DNA from: Octopus vulgaris
Taxonomy: Eukaryota
DNA length: 64,000 nucleotides
NCBI GenBank assembly: GCA_951406725.2
Contig: OX597819.1
Span: 72,850,001 to 72,914,000 of the forward strand
Direction: 5' to 3'
The position numbers were made by a program, and so were the translations under genes. Of the stretch, positions 13,440-25,647 are shown piece by piece; the first letter of the stretch is position 1, and each line of letters opens with the position of its first letter. Under the pieces are notes generated by a model. The model searched no databases. It was given only the letters and a program-made list of their open reading frames with translations, and had not been told where the DNA came from.

Positions 13440-14455
13440 TTTAGAAGCTTTCCTTCCAACTACACGGTTTCAGGTTCAATCCAACTGTAAGGCACTTTGG
13501 GCAAGTGTCAACTACAGCTCTGGGCCAACCAAGTGAGTGGATGTGATAGACAGAAACTGAAAAGAAGCCCATTGTGCATGCTTGTGTATGGTGTACCCTT
13601 GAGCAACATCATCATAAAAGCAATGTTTGTTTTCAGTCTTCCATGAAAAACATGCTTGGCTAGGGAAAATATTACTATGCTTAGAAACAGGTATGGGTTG
13701 GCAAGAAAATCTACCTCTGTATGGTAAGAACCTTGTTTCCCAACCACATGGTTCTGGGTTCAGTTCTGCTGTGTGGCACCTAGGGCAAGTGTCTTCTAAT
13801 ATAGCCTCGGGTCAACCAAAATCTTGTGAGTGGATTTAGTAGGCGGAAATTGAAAGAAGCCCATCGTGTGTATATAAATACGTATGTATGTGTTTGTCCC
13901 CCCGCCATCGCTTGACAACCAATGTTGGTGTGTTTACATCCCTGTAACTTAGTGGTTCGGCAAAAGAGACTGACAAGTACTAGGCTTAAAAAGACTGTAA
14001 CTTAGCGGTTCGGCAAAAGAGACTGACAAGTACTAGGCTTACAAAGAATATTTCATGCAGTCGATTTGTTTGACTAAAGGCAGTGCTCCTGCATGACCAC
14101 AGTCAAATGACTGAAATGAATAAAATAAAAAATATATTTATAGATGGTATAGCCACAGGCATGGCTGTATGTTAAGAAGCTTGCTTCCTAACCACATGGT
14201 TCCAGGTTCAGTACCACAGCACGGACATTGGGCAAATGTTTTATATGTGTGTATGTGTTTATTCCCCACCACTGCTTGACAACCAGAGTTGGTACTTACA
14301 TTGCTGTAACTTAGCAATCTGGCAAAAGGGACCAACAAAATACATATCAAGCTTAAAACAATTTTAAAAGGTACTAGGGAAATTTGACCAATCATTTATC
14401 AAGAGGGTGCCCTAGCATGGCTGCAGTCTATTGACTGAGACAAATAAAAAGATAG
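13440..14455 (+). mobile_element. Cluster of three SINEs (B at about 13440-13720, A at about 13718-14135, A at about 14155-14455)
   Basis: Three tRNA-like heads, each followed by gggcaa(g/a)tgt. The middle copy contains a 53-bp tandem duplication (13942-13994 / 13995-14047). Confidence 0.8.
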
Positions 14456-14846
14456 GTGTGTAATTTTGTGGGGACTAATGGGTATATGTGAATTATTGTA
14501 TTGAGTAAAGCACATTCACAGTTTGGGCTACCTGGTGTCATCTACAGTTAGGACATATTTCCTCTGGATCTACATCAAAAATCCCAAAATGTTAGTCGAG
14601 ATAATAACTGATGAAAGGAACGGGAGATAGATTTAGCACTCATCTTTAGCAGGACATCTATATGCATGTACCTGATGTGACACAAACTGCAGATTGATGC
14701 AACACAATTAGATGCACAACATCCTACCTTGAATGAACAGTTGCAGCATGGATCAAAATGAATAAGACTAATGCTAAATCTATTTTCCATTTTCTTCATC
14801 ACTTATGAGAGGCAGACATGTAAATGAGTGAAAATTAAATCGGTGA

Positions 14847-15049
14847 GTGTGTTAAATAATAAGGCACTGAAAGAGAATAACTCTCCCCAGACACAATATG
14901 TGTGTGTTTGTGTGTGTGTGTATAGATAGATAGATAAATAGAAACAAAAAAAAAATTTAAAAAAGAAAGATAAATAGATAGATAAGTAAATGAGTGGAAA
15001 TCGAACTGGTGTGTTAAATAATAAGGCACTAAAAGAGAATGACTCTCCC
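14847..15049. repeat. Direct repeat pair of about 41 bp separated by GATA/CA microsatellite
   Basis: gtgtgttaaataataaggcact(g/a)aaagagaat(a/g)actctcccc at 14847 and 15009. Confidence 0.8.
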
Positions 15050-15492
15050 CTATATACAATATACACACACACACACAGCACTCGTGAAGCGCTAGTGCCC
15101 TTTGAAAAAGCATGAATATCACAATTTGTTTAATATAGTCTCTTCCTCATATAATTAAATAATCAACTTGTATATCCACACAACTTTCTACATTAAGAAC
15201 TAATCTTTTGTTATCAGTAACAGAGATTTCAAACTGCTTAACACTAACAACCTGAACTTTTCTACTATTTGAATTGGCACATCACTTTTTACTGTTCGCT
15301 ATCAGTGTTCTCAAAATGCTGAGGTAAATAAATTATCAATGTACCTCAGTAGCTGCTATGTCTAACGGACCTGGGTCTTTTCTACCTATCTATTCTATTC
15401 AAGGTTACGAAACTGATCCTAATTATATTCCTTTCCAGTTGAAAATAATTTAAGAGTTTTTTCAGAACTCCTAAAATATTAAAAACAATAAT

Positions 15493-15870
15493 AGGTGCAT
15501 GTGTGGCTGTATGGTTAAAAAGTTACTTCCCAACCACATAGTTTGGGGTTCAGCCCTAGTATTGCTCTACTCTGGGCCAACCACAGCCTTGTCAGTTGAA
15601 TGGGTATATGGAAACAGAAAGAAGCCCATTGTGTGTGTGACACTTGTCTTGACTTCATATGACAGGTGTAATCAAGAGGCACTGTAATACAAGCAGTGTC
15701 CTTCGTTTCCAATCTTCTGTGAAAACATATCTGGCCATGGAAAAATATTACTTTACTTGGAAACAGGTGAAGGTTGGTGACAGGAAGGGCATCTGGCTGT
15801 AGAAAATCTGCCTCAATAAATCTCATGAAAGCCAGGCAAGCATGGAAAAGTGAATAGTGGTGGTGATGGC
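15493..15870 (+). mobile_element. SINE family B
   Basis: Complete head to tail: aggtgcatgtgtggctgtatggtt..ggaaacaggtgaaggttggtgacaggaagggcatc..gcatggaaaagtg. Confidence 0.8.
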
Positions 15871-16184
15871 AAAGGTGATAGAATGGGTGAGGCAACATCT
15901 CGTGGAAATTATTATTTTGGGGTAAATCCTAAATCCAGACAATTTTGCCAAACAGTTACCTCATGCTGGACACAGTTAACGAATTTGCAACAACTTTATG
16001 CACGCTTTCCTCTTGAAAATTCTTTCACTGATTGCTTTTCTATCTTTTTTGTGTTCTATTCTGTGTACTATGTGCTTGTAATTCTAGCTGTCATGGCTGT
16101 CTTTCTGTCATTTCTATTTATCATTTCTGTGGAGTTGTCGGGCACCTGACTGCTATATATGATAAGTTCATTCCTGTTATTACC

Positions 16185-16935
16185 ATGTGGTTGTCTGGTA
16201 AGAAGCTTGCTTCCAAGTTCAATCCCACTGCATGGCACTTTGGGCAAGTGTCTTCTACTACAGCTTCAGGCTGGCCAAAACCTCGTGAGTAAATTTGATA
16301 GACGGAAACTGAAAGAAGCCCATTGTGTGTGTGTCTTTATGGCTGCATGTGTTCCCCACCACTGTTTGACAACAAGTGTTGCCATTCGTTTATTCTTTTA
16401 CTTGTTTCAGTCATTTGACTGTGGCCATGCCGGCGCACTGCCTTTAGTCGAGCAAATCGACCCTAGGACTTATTCTTTGTAAGCCTGATACTTATTCTAT
16501 CGAATTCTTTTGCTGAACCACTAAGTTATGGGGACGTAAACACACCAGCATTGGTTGTCAAGTGTTGTTGGGAGAACAAGCACTGACACATAAATATGCA
16601 TACATATATACGACAGGCTTCTTTCAGTTTCCGTCTACCAAATCCACTCACAAGGCTTTGGTCGGCCTGAAGCTACAGTAGAAGACACTTGCTCAAGGTA
16701 CCACGCAGTGGAACCGAACCCAGAACCATGTGATTGGCAAGCAAGCTACTACTTACCACACAGCCACTCCTACCATTTCCACGTCACTGTAACTTAGTGG
16801 TTCAGCAAAAGTGATTGATAGAATAAGTAGCAGGCTTAAAAAAGAAAATTAGTACTGGGTCAATTCATTAACTAAAAATTCTTCAAGGTGATGCCCCAAA
16901 AGGACTGCAGTCAAATGACAAACAAGATAAAAGAC
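16185..16935 (+). mobile_element. SINE family A carrying an inverted nested family A copy at about 16390-16770 (-)
   Basis: The outer body stops at about 16386 and resumes at about 16780 (ctgtaacttagtggttcagcaaaag). The insert is a less diverged, CpG-retaining reverse-complement copy. Confidence 0.85.
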
Positions 16936-17789
16936 ACCAAACATAATGAAGAGGATTTTATATACAGCACATTCAAAAGATAGGGAAGCTTAAAACATAA
17001 ACTAGAAAACTAATGTAATCTAAGAACCAACAATAACGCGCAAACACAATTTACTGACAGTTACTTTTCAATACACATAAAGGGAGCTGAGAATATGATT
17101 CTTATCCCCCACCCAAAAAAAAAACAACAGATGCAATGTTAATGATTCATAATCATAAGGGTGTGAGTGAGCATAAAACAGTTGCCACAAGGATGGGCAC
17201 CAATTTTAAAACATTATTTCCAGCACTGGAAATACTGTAACATATATCTATCTAACATATATATAATAGACAGATATTGGTAAATAGATTCATAGATATA
17301 GTTTTATATATATATATATATATGAATGAATGTATGTATCCACACATACATATATACAAATATATATCTTGCCACACCCATTGTATGATCAGAATTAGCT
17401 GGAGGCAAGCCTATGTAGCTAATGGCAGAAGAAAAAGAAATAGATAAGCTACTTAAGACTTCCTGGATTCTAAAAGTGGAAACATGTCCCGCCAACACAA
17501 TATTGAATTTCTAATGTACACGAATAGTTCATGCCAAAAGAAAGGGAAGAGGATAATTATAAGTGGTTTAATAACATGAGAGAGGGAGGAGGGGAAGGGA
17601 GAAGAGGTGAGAAGAGAAAGAATAGAGAAAGATCATGGAAAAGAGATTCTCCTCTGAAGATTAGTACTATCGGTCATCAACAACAAAATCACAATTTTAG
17701 TTTGAAAACTAAAGCGATACCTCTACAACATTTGGAGGAGTGGGGGAGAAAAACACAGTTGGCTGATTCATATACTGATGTCAGTTATT

Positions 17790-18315
17790 GGCAGGTGTGG
17801 GTGGGTGGATTATGAAGCTTGCTTCCCAACCATGCACTCTTGGGTTCAAGTCCCACTGCATGTATAACACTTTAGGTGAGTGTCTCCTACTATCACCTCA
17901 AGACAACCAAAATCTTATACAGTTGATTTGGGAGACAGAAACCAAAAAACAACCCATTGTGTGAAAACATACACACACACATATAAACGTCTGTTTCCCA
18001 TGCTGTCATGGTTAAACAGTTTGAGAGGAGCTGCTAGTAAGACAGAGGACTGCACCAAGCTCCACTGTCTGCTTTGACATGGCTTTTTTTTTATGGCTGG
18101 ATGCCCTTCTTAAAAACAACCCCTCTACAGAGTGGACTAGGTGCTTTTCATGTGGCACCAGCACTGGTGAGGTCACCAAGTAACTTGCATGGCAAACATC
18201 CCTCAACTGAGATGGAGAGTAATATTGAGGGAGGTGGCTTTATGCATGCCAGGTGATGAGAGGCTAGAGTATGACAGAGAGACAGAAACAGGTGTCGTGC
18301 TGTAGAGGAGAGACA
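17790..18315. mobile_element. Family A head (+, about 17790-17985) abutting a family E tail (-, about 17990-18315)
   Basis: Motif match to other copies. Confidence 0.7.
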
Positions 18316-18395
18316 GACAGACAAACATAGAGAGAAAGAATGAGAGAAAGCAATAACTGCTGCTGTTAAGTTTAGAGGTCAATGTAAATTATCCT

Positions 18396-18492
18396 GTATA
18401 CAGGACCTCCGTAATGCCATGATGGACCGTAAAGTCTGGCGGAGCATGGTAAATTCCATTGTCTCAACCACGGTCGAACAATGATGATAATG
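18396..18492 (+). mobile_element. 5'-truncated RTE LINE insertion with a perfect 14-bp TSD
   Basis: Encodes QDLRNAMMDRKVWRSMVNSIVSTTVEQ* and has a (TGA)n tail. TSD atgtaaattatcct at 18382-18395 and 18493-18506. Confidence 0.9.
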
Positions 18493-19143
18493 ATGTAAAT
18501 TATCCTCATCTAATCTACTCCCAGTATAATGGTTAACCAATTACTATGCTTAGTAGCATTACTAATCATGATACACAAAGTAAATATCAGAGAAATTACA
18601 GTAAACACAAGTGCATATTATTTCTTCCAACATACATTTTACCATTGTAGATTTTTGGAACTCTGCATCGGCTGTCCCAAGCACAACTGGATGTTCCAAA
18701 CACAATGGATGATCGAGGAAAACTTTCCATTATGTTAGAGAGAACTAATATCTAGACATCGGTTGTCAACACAGGAACAAATAACATAAACAATAAACTA
18801 CACACGCACAAGAACAGAGATTAGAAGAATCCAACAATGCTCACTGTAAGCTCTCATTAACAGATGTGGGTTGGTGAGAGAAAGGGCATCTGGCTGTAGA
18901 AAATCTGCCTCAACAAATTCCATCTGACCCATGCAAGCATAGAAGAGTGTATGAAGTTTACTTGACTCAGTCTGAACTTGAACTTAAAACAACAAAGCAT
19001 TGGCGACATTGGATATCATAAAAGATTCAATAGAATCCATTAGTATTTTGGATTGAGGCATCTTGGAAAAATGTTTTCTGTGATAGAACTCAAGTTGACC
19101 AAAGCATTGGGAGTTGATTTGGCAGTAATTGTACAGAAGCTAG

Positions 19144-19144
<1 letters not shown>

Positions 19145-19198
<54 letters not shown>
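19145..19198. repeat. (TG)n microsatellite inside a degenerate family A SINE (about 19040-19440)
   Basis: Direct reading. Confidence 0.95.
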
Positions 19199-19199
<1 letters not shown>

Positions 19200-20341
19200 A
19201 TGTGTGTCAAATTGTGTGCAAGTCATTGCATATATTTGTGTTAGTCTCTCATTGCTTGACAACCAAACTAGGTTTACTGTCACTGTAGCTTAGTGTTTTG
19301 ACAAAAAACAAGAGACTGATAGAATAAATAACAGCATTAAAATAAGAAAGGGGGTGGGGACAATCTGACTGGCCATTGAAAACCCTTCAAAGTAGCACTC
19401 CAGCATGGGCAGAATCCAACAGCTAAAATCAGGACAAAAATATAACTTTTGATGAAACACAAGATCAATTTGTGAAAGGAGGGAACACTGTCAATTCCAA
19501 AGTAACATATAACTAGTACATATTTAATGACCTCTACAATATGTGAAGATGAGCAAAACTGAATCCAGACTAGAATATAAAGGAACTGGAGACACCATCA
19601 TCATCATCATTACAGGAGGAGCAGTCATTGCTGTATCATAAGATTCCCAATGGGATTGAGATTTCCAAGGGTTCCACTCCACCCCGTTTTCTGGACAAAA
19701 TAAAAAAAAAGTTTTGTGGCATATTAGGAGGTCACTGAAATTCATTCAATGGGGGGGGGGGGAATCCAATGATTCCGGAATGGGGAGTTAGTTTCCCCTC
19801 CACCCTTTTTTCTGAACAAAAATAAAGGGTTTGTAGCACATTAGGAGATCAGGGTACTTGATTCCATGCAAAGTTTTTTCTTAATGAAAACATCGTGCAG
19901 GTGTACTTCCCAAAATTTAGATTATCTATTTTATAAAACCACTATAAGTCACAAAATTATATTCATACATACCAACACCCTGGACCCAATCCAAAAATGG
20001 CCACTTCACTGATTGGCCTTAGATCACTCACAGACATTCCCTCCTCTGACCCACAAGCATGCTGTTCTCCTCTCTCAGTATATTTCATTATTTATTACAA
20101 TAATGGCCTCTGTTCCTTGGATCAGGTTGGTGTCATACCACCTCTGTTCAAACACTCTCAACTCACTCAGCTCTCCATCTCTCATCACATTTGTTGTATC
20201 CCCCTTCCATACCCTCACCACTATATTCAATTGTTCCTACCTCAGATGCTGGCCTTCTGCCTTTCTTGTAAGTATTTAGGGGTCAGCAAAAAATACTCAC
20301 AAACCAACATGCAATTGCACATACCTAAATACATCTTAGAT

Positions 20342-20601
20342 CAGTGGTCCCCAACCATTTTTGCCTATGGGCCCCTTTGATTCCTATTTTACTCTACCAA
20401 AACAGCCCCCCCCCACCCCACCCCTGTTTTAAAAAATCATATCGTATTTTTGTAATTAAATATTAGGAATTGTATAAAAACATTATTTAAATATTTTGTA
20501 TATTGTAGAAGAATCACCAGTTTATTTCATATAAATTTTCACAACAAAATTTTATATGAATCCCCAAGAGCCCATATACGAACCCTGGTTGAGAATCACC
20601 A
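20342..20601. mobile_element. hAT-type MITE (same family as 44668-44929)
   Basis: Ends cagtggtccccaacc / ggttgagaatcacca; flanks tcttagat / tcttagca; internal match to the 44.7 kb copy. Confidence 0.8.
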
Positions 20602-22124
20602 TCTTAGCAGGACATAACTTGTCTACTCCACCATTATCTACACTGACTGATCAATCTTAACATTTATTGGCCTTACACACACACACACACTCATCCTGTA
20701 ACTCTAACAGAAATGACATCATTCGGTCATGTTCAAGCCAGGTTGCCAGTTAGAAGAGACTTTCTTTAATCCCTCCCATCCCTCTAATCTGTCCCATCCC
20801 TCTCGTCCATCCCAGAGGCCAATAATGAGGATGTGTTGACTGACATCCTAAGAATTTATGTACTTCAAGATAATGTGTAATAATGCTTTTTTGGAACAGT
20901 GGATTTCAAAGCTGATAAAGCTATAAATAATAGCACGCAACTACAATTGGAGCAAATTCTTGCTCTCGTTACTTCTGTCAGTCAGCAGAGAATATGGATC
21001 ACACCAATACTACAAGGGTTTGAAAGAGTGACCAGCAGTAATGGACTCATGTCAACACTGAATTTCCATATTTTATTCAATCCAGACCAGACTGTAACAG
21101 GAAACTAATAACAATATTGATGAAAATATTTATGTTATTGATTCCCTTCTCAACAAAACTAATCAAACAAAAGAATATTAAAAAAAAAATGAATCATCAT
21201 TGTTTTCTTGTTTAAAAGCCTACTCTTGATGGGAGTCTGTTGGGGCAGAGCTTTTCTACATCCAGATGTGAACTTGTGTTCCCACTGAAACTCCAAACAT
21301 GAACTCAACACATCAACAAATGACAACTACAGCTATGGCATCTGTGCGGTCCAATGCACTTGCTCTCCCGGTGAGGCATTTGTCAAATTGGAAGCTGGAT
21401 TTTGGGGCCACAGGCAGAGAAGCATTACCCTTGCTGCTGCTGCTGCTGCTGGAATGTTAGGGTTGGCCATTGGATGTGGTCAGCTTTTGTGAGGGACATA
21501 GTGAACTCTTTGGAGTCAGTTTGACCCACCCTGAGTGAATTAAGTCACAAGTACCAGTCCATCCAGATGCATTTCCTGTGACAGCCCAGACATGTTTTAT
21601 GCAGAGAATTGGAAACAAACAACATTGTTTAAGGAGCCTTTTGTTTACAAAGATCACGCAGCATTTGAAGATATATCAGGAAGCCCAGACATCCGTTCAT
21701 GATGGACTGCAACCATGGACACTGGCAAGAAGCCATTGTTTACAAAGTAGCAAATGTGAAGGAAACACACAAATACACATAGAAGATAGGTTTCTTCAGC
21801 TGCTATCTATCATATCCACTCACAAGACCTTGGTTGGTCTGGGGCTGTAGTACAAGACACTTGTCGAAGGTGCTAAGCAGTGGGACTGAACCTCCAAAGG
21901 GATATGGTATATAAATAATAATAAAGCTGCAGAATTTCAGATGAAATAAAATAAAATTATATTAATAATATAATTAGGATGGTCTCCTACAATAAAATCA
22001 ATGTCCTGGCATTAATGGTGCAGAGAAAATGGTAAACTGGTGGCAGAAAATACTCCAGACATGGCCTGCTTTATAGATGACACTGATACCAAATTCACCC
22101 CGACAACAACAACAACAACAACAA

Positions 22125-22335
22125 TAGTACTTTCTATTATATGCACAAAGCTGGCAATTTTGTGAGAGGTGTAGGAGAGGGTTAATCAATTACATTGACC
22201 CCAGTGCTCAACAGGTACTTATTTTACAAGCCCCAGAAGAATGAAAGGCAAAATTGACCTCTGTGGCATTTGAACTAAGAACATAAAACTAGAAAAAGTG
22301 CTGCTGCCAAGCACTTTATCCAGCATTCCAACTAT
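22125..22335 (-). mobile_element. SINE family C
   Basis: gaccccagtgctcaacaggtacttatttt..atgaaaggcaaa..ttctgccagtttgc. Confidence 0.8.
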
Positions 22336-22475
22336 TCTGCCAGTTTGCTGCTTTAAGTGTGTAAATATTAGGTTTAAAAATCCTTTGGTTTGAAAGATAT
22401 TAAAAATAGCCAGTGAAACTCAAACCCTTATCTTCTGTAAAGGTAACAGGTGTTCTACCATTGGACTAAAACATC

Positions 22476-22906
22476 GCTCAATACCACAGATTTGCTTGTC
22501 AGTTGTTTGGCCTTAACCAGTTGAACATGTCCCTTACTGGCTGACGATATGTGCATCACTGACCATGAACAGAAGTAGTGGTGGAGCATCATAGTCATGT
22601 GTTGAGAGGAATTCTTTGGGGTTTAGATAATTCACCTTTGGAAACGTGTGTTTCATTCAACATTCTTAACCCTTATTCAGAGACCTTTTGAGCGGGATTA
22701 CCTGAAGAAAATTCTAACTGGGTCCCACCTGCAAGGTTATGCGCTGTTTATCTTGATATGAGATCACCATGTCGCACATATATGGTTGTGATGCATGTGC
22801 CTGGTGTACCCTTATCAGACAGGTAGTCATGATGGGTATACTGGGCTTCGCATATTTTACCCCAGTGTCACTTTGATGGCATGCACTACTCTCTCACTCA
22901 ATAATA
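22476..22906 (+). mobile_element. Unclassified interspersed repeat resembling a LINE 3' end
   Basis: Relatively GC-rich block ending gatggcatgcactactctctcactc-aataataa (AAT-type tail). No ORF; family not assignable. Confidence 0.45.
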
Positions 22907-23859
22907 AGTTGACCTTGGTGGAATTTGAACTCAGAACATGGAGACAGACAAAATGCTTCAGCATTTTGTCCAGCAGGCTAATGATTTTACCAGCTCACCA
23001 ACTTAAATAATAATAACAATAAAAATGATAATAATCCTTTCCACTATAGGCGCAAAGCCTAATAGTAATGATAATGACGATGACTTCTTGTATTGACTGA
23101 AGGCCAGAAATCTATTGGGAAGGGGTCAACAGAAGTGATTCCAGTACATACCTGCTAATTATTTTAGTGATACCATAATGGCTGAGAAAGAGAATGTCAA
23201 ACCCGACTATATTTCAGTTCAGAAAGATGAAATACTGTAAAGCATTTAATCTGGCATACAACACAGGAGAAGGGCATTTTACTTTTCAGTGGTTCCACAT
23301 CTAATGAAATAAGAATAATAGACTAGGACTGATTCAATCAAGCTAAACTTGTTTCTTTCAAAAATTAGAAGTACATGTAGCCTCGCTTGTCACTGATTCA
23401 TTCACCACTGATCTGAGATAACATATTACACTCTATTGTGGAGCATGCTATGCTTATTGCGGATTGATCAGTGATAACACAGGTCAATGATCAGCTGAAG
23501 ATTCTGTTTGTACTGCAAAAATGCATCCCAGCAACCACCCACAATGCTACCCAGAAGGCGGTGACTATAGCTTGTGATTATATCTCCTTACTGGGAGTAT
23601 TTTTTCATATGGATTTACATACTCATACCCATCGACATGGGATTGGCGAACAGGGAAAAATATGAAGGTACCTGATCCTAACAAAGCATTTAAGTATATT
23701 CCCCCTAGGAACAGGAAGAGATGCTTGAGAAAATATATGAGAATGGAAGCTTCACTCCTGTGATCTTCATTTATGCAGCCAGAACAAATAATTATAAAAA
23801 TGGTAACTGAGATACAACTGCACTAACCCAAACTACAATCTAATATAATATGCTTTGCC

Positions 23860-24075
23860 AAGACAGCAAGCTGGTAGATGCATTAGCAGGCTAGATAGAA
23901 TGCTTACCAACAGTTTGTCCAATTTTATGTTCTGAGTTCAAATACAACCAAGGTCAACTTTGCCTTTCATCCTTTTGGGGCCAATAAAATAAGTACCAGT
24001 TGAGTACTGGGATCTGTGTAATCAACAACACCACCCAAATAAAAAAAATTGGCGGCCTTGTGCCAACATTTGAAA
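23860..24075 (+). mobile_element. SINE family C
   Basis: ggtcaactttgcctttcatccttttggggccaataaaataagtaccagttgagtactggg. Confidence 0.85.
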
Positions 24076-24110
24076 CATATATGCTTACATTATTTAAAAA
24101 AAAAAAAACA

Positions 24111-24500
24111 GCACATATGCTAGGACACAACAACCTACTAATCAGACCAAGTGCAGATATGAACAGCATATGGGAACCAGTATTAAGGAAGGATAGGAAA
24201 ATATTAGATTTATAACCCCTAAAATTCACTCCATAATTGCCCATGGGCATGTGGCGTAGTGGTTAAGAGCATGGGCTACATATATCCGAGTTTGATTCCA
24301 GGCAGTGACCTGAATAATAATAATAATAATAATGACAATGAAAAATACCTTAGGAATGAGACCCGGGTTCGAAATTTCCCCAAGACACCTGATGAAGGCT
24401 GGAGGGTATATCAGCCAAAACGTTTTAACAACAAACAAGATGAGGACAAATATCTGTCAAATGTAAATAATGTACATAATTCCTCATCTCTTAAATATAT
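24111..24500 (+). mobile_element. Penelope-like element 3' end (ORF tail, tRNA-like module, degenerate minimal hammerhead)
   Basis: ORF end AHMLGHNNLLIRPSADMNSIWEPVLRKDRKILDL*. CTGATGA-A-GGCTG..CAGCC-(A)AAA-CGTT at 24389-24424. A second copy lies at 34389-34685. Confidence 0.65.
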
Positions 24501-25279
24501 ACTTTGCCAGATAAATAAATAAATAAATTTTAAAAAAGGTTACTGTAATTACAAAGGTAAACATTAGCAAAGTCAAACTTTGAAGAATTTATTGAAAAAT
24601 CCCAAATGAATTTTACTTCAATAAAGTACTCGTACATGTGTGCATGTGTGTGTGTGTATAATATTTCTGTATACATCATTATCAGCATTAGGTGTAAATG
24701 TAAGAGAATGTGTATACACTCCTACTTGTGGTTTCATGCTATTGTAGTCATTCGTGACACCTACAGAATCAAACATAGCAACAGAATAAATCATCAGCTT
24801 CAAAGGTGTGTGTGTGGCTTTCTATATAATAACCAATATAAATGTTGGTTGCTTTATTTTTCTAGTCATGCTTCACAGTGTATAGAGAGAGAGAGAGACG
24901 AGGAAGAGAAAATAAAAGAGAGATACAAAATTAACAATAAGAGGTGCACGATGAATGCAACACACATTAGGCTTGGTGGCAGGTAATGAGTAAAGGAATG
25001 CTACACACACACAGTGAGAGAGAAAGAATCATAGTATTTTGGATTTGAAAATTAATATACATTACATGTATAAGCACCATGGGTAGTTTGCTAAAAGTTA
25101 AATTATAATTATTGTAGGTATGCCATACATACAATATATCCTGATAATAGCAGTTAAAATAATCATCATATTTACAGAGGCAAAAGTATGTTTCTGTAGC
25201 CACAGTTACCCATTATGACAGGGGACTCTCTAATACATATATATGTAGAGGCAGAGCTACCCAGTATTCACTGGGGAAG

Positions 25280-25647
25280 TGCAGACATGGCTGTGTGTTA
25301 AGAAGCTTGCTTCTCAATCACATGGTTCCGGGTTCAGTTTCACAGCATGGCACCTTGGGTAAGTATCTTCTACTATAGCCTCATGCCAACCAAAACCTTC
25401 TGAGTGAACTTGGTAGATGGAAACTGAAAGAAGCTTGTCGTGTGTGTGTGTGTTTGTCCCCTACCACTGCTTAACAACTGGTTGGTGTTGGTGTGTTTAC
25501 ATCACCATAAAAGACACCAATAGAATAAAATACCAGGCTTTAAAAAAAAAATTAGTACTGGGGTCAATTCATTTGACTAGAACCTCTTCAAGGCAGTGCC
25601 CCAGTATGGCCCTAGTCTAATGACTGAAACAAGTAAAAGATAAAAGA
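25280..25647 (+). mobile_element. SINE family A, full length
   Basis: tggctgtgtgttaag..ccgggttcagttt..ggcaccttgggtaagtatct..gactgaaacaagtaaaagataaaaga. Confidence 0.85.

Noticed and set aside
13942-14047. CRISPR-like repeat
   Set aside because: Two adjacent copies with no spacers, inside a SINE, and no cas genes.
15960-16145. Minus-strand AG..GT segment or hydrophobic plus-strand ORF
   Set aside because: All three minus-strand frames contain stops; the plus-strand hydrophobicity reflects T-rich composition.
18643-18755. Candidate exon, open on both strands
   Set aside because: No recognisable protein and no way to choose a strand; short open frames of this kind are expected by chance.
24245-24310. 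Functional tRNA gene
   Set aside because: Stems are disrupted and the anticodon arm is deleted in this copy; it sits inside a repeat. The same applies to the SINE heads.
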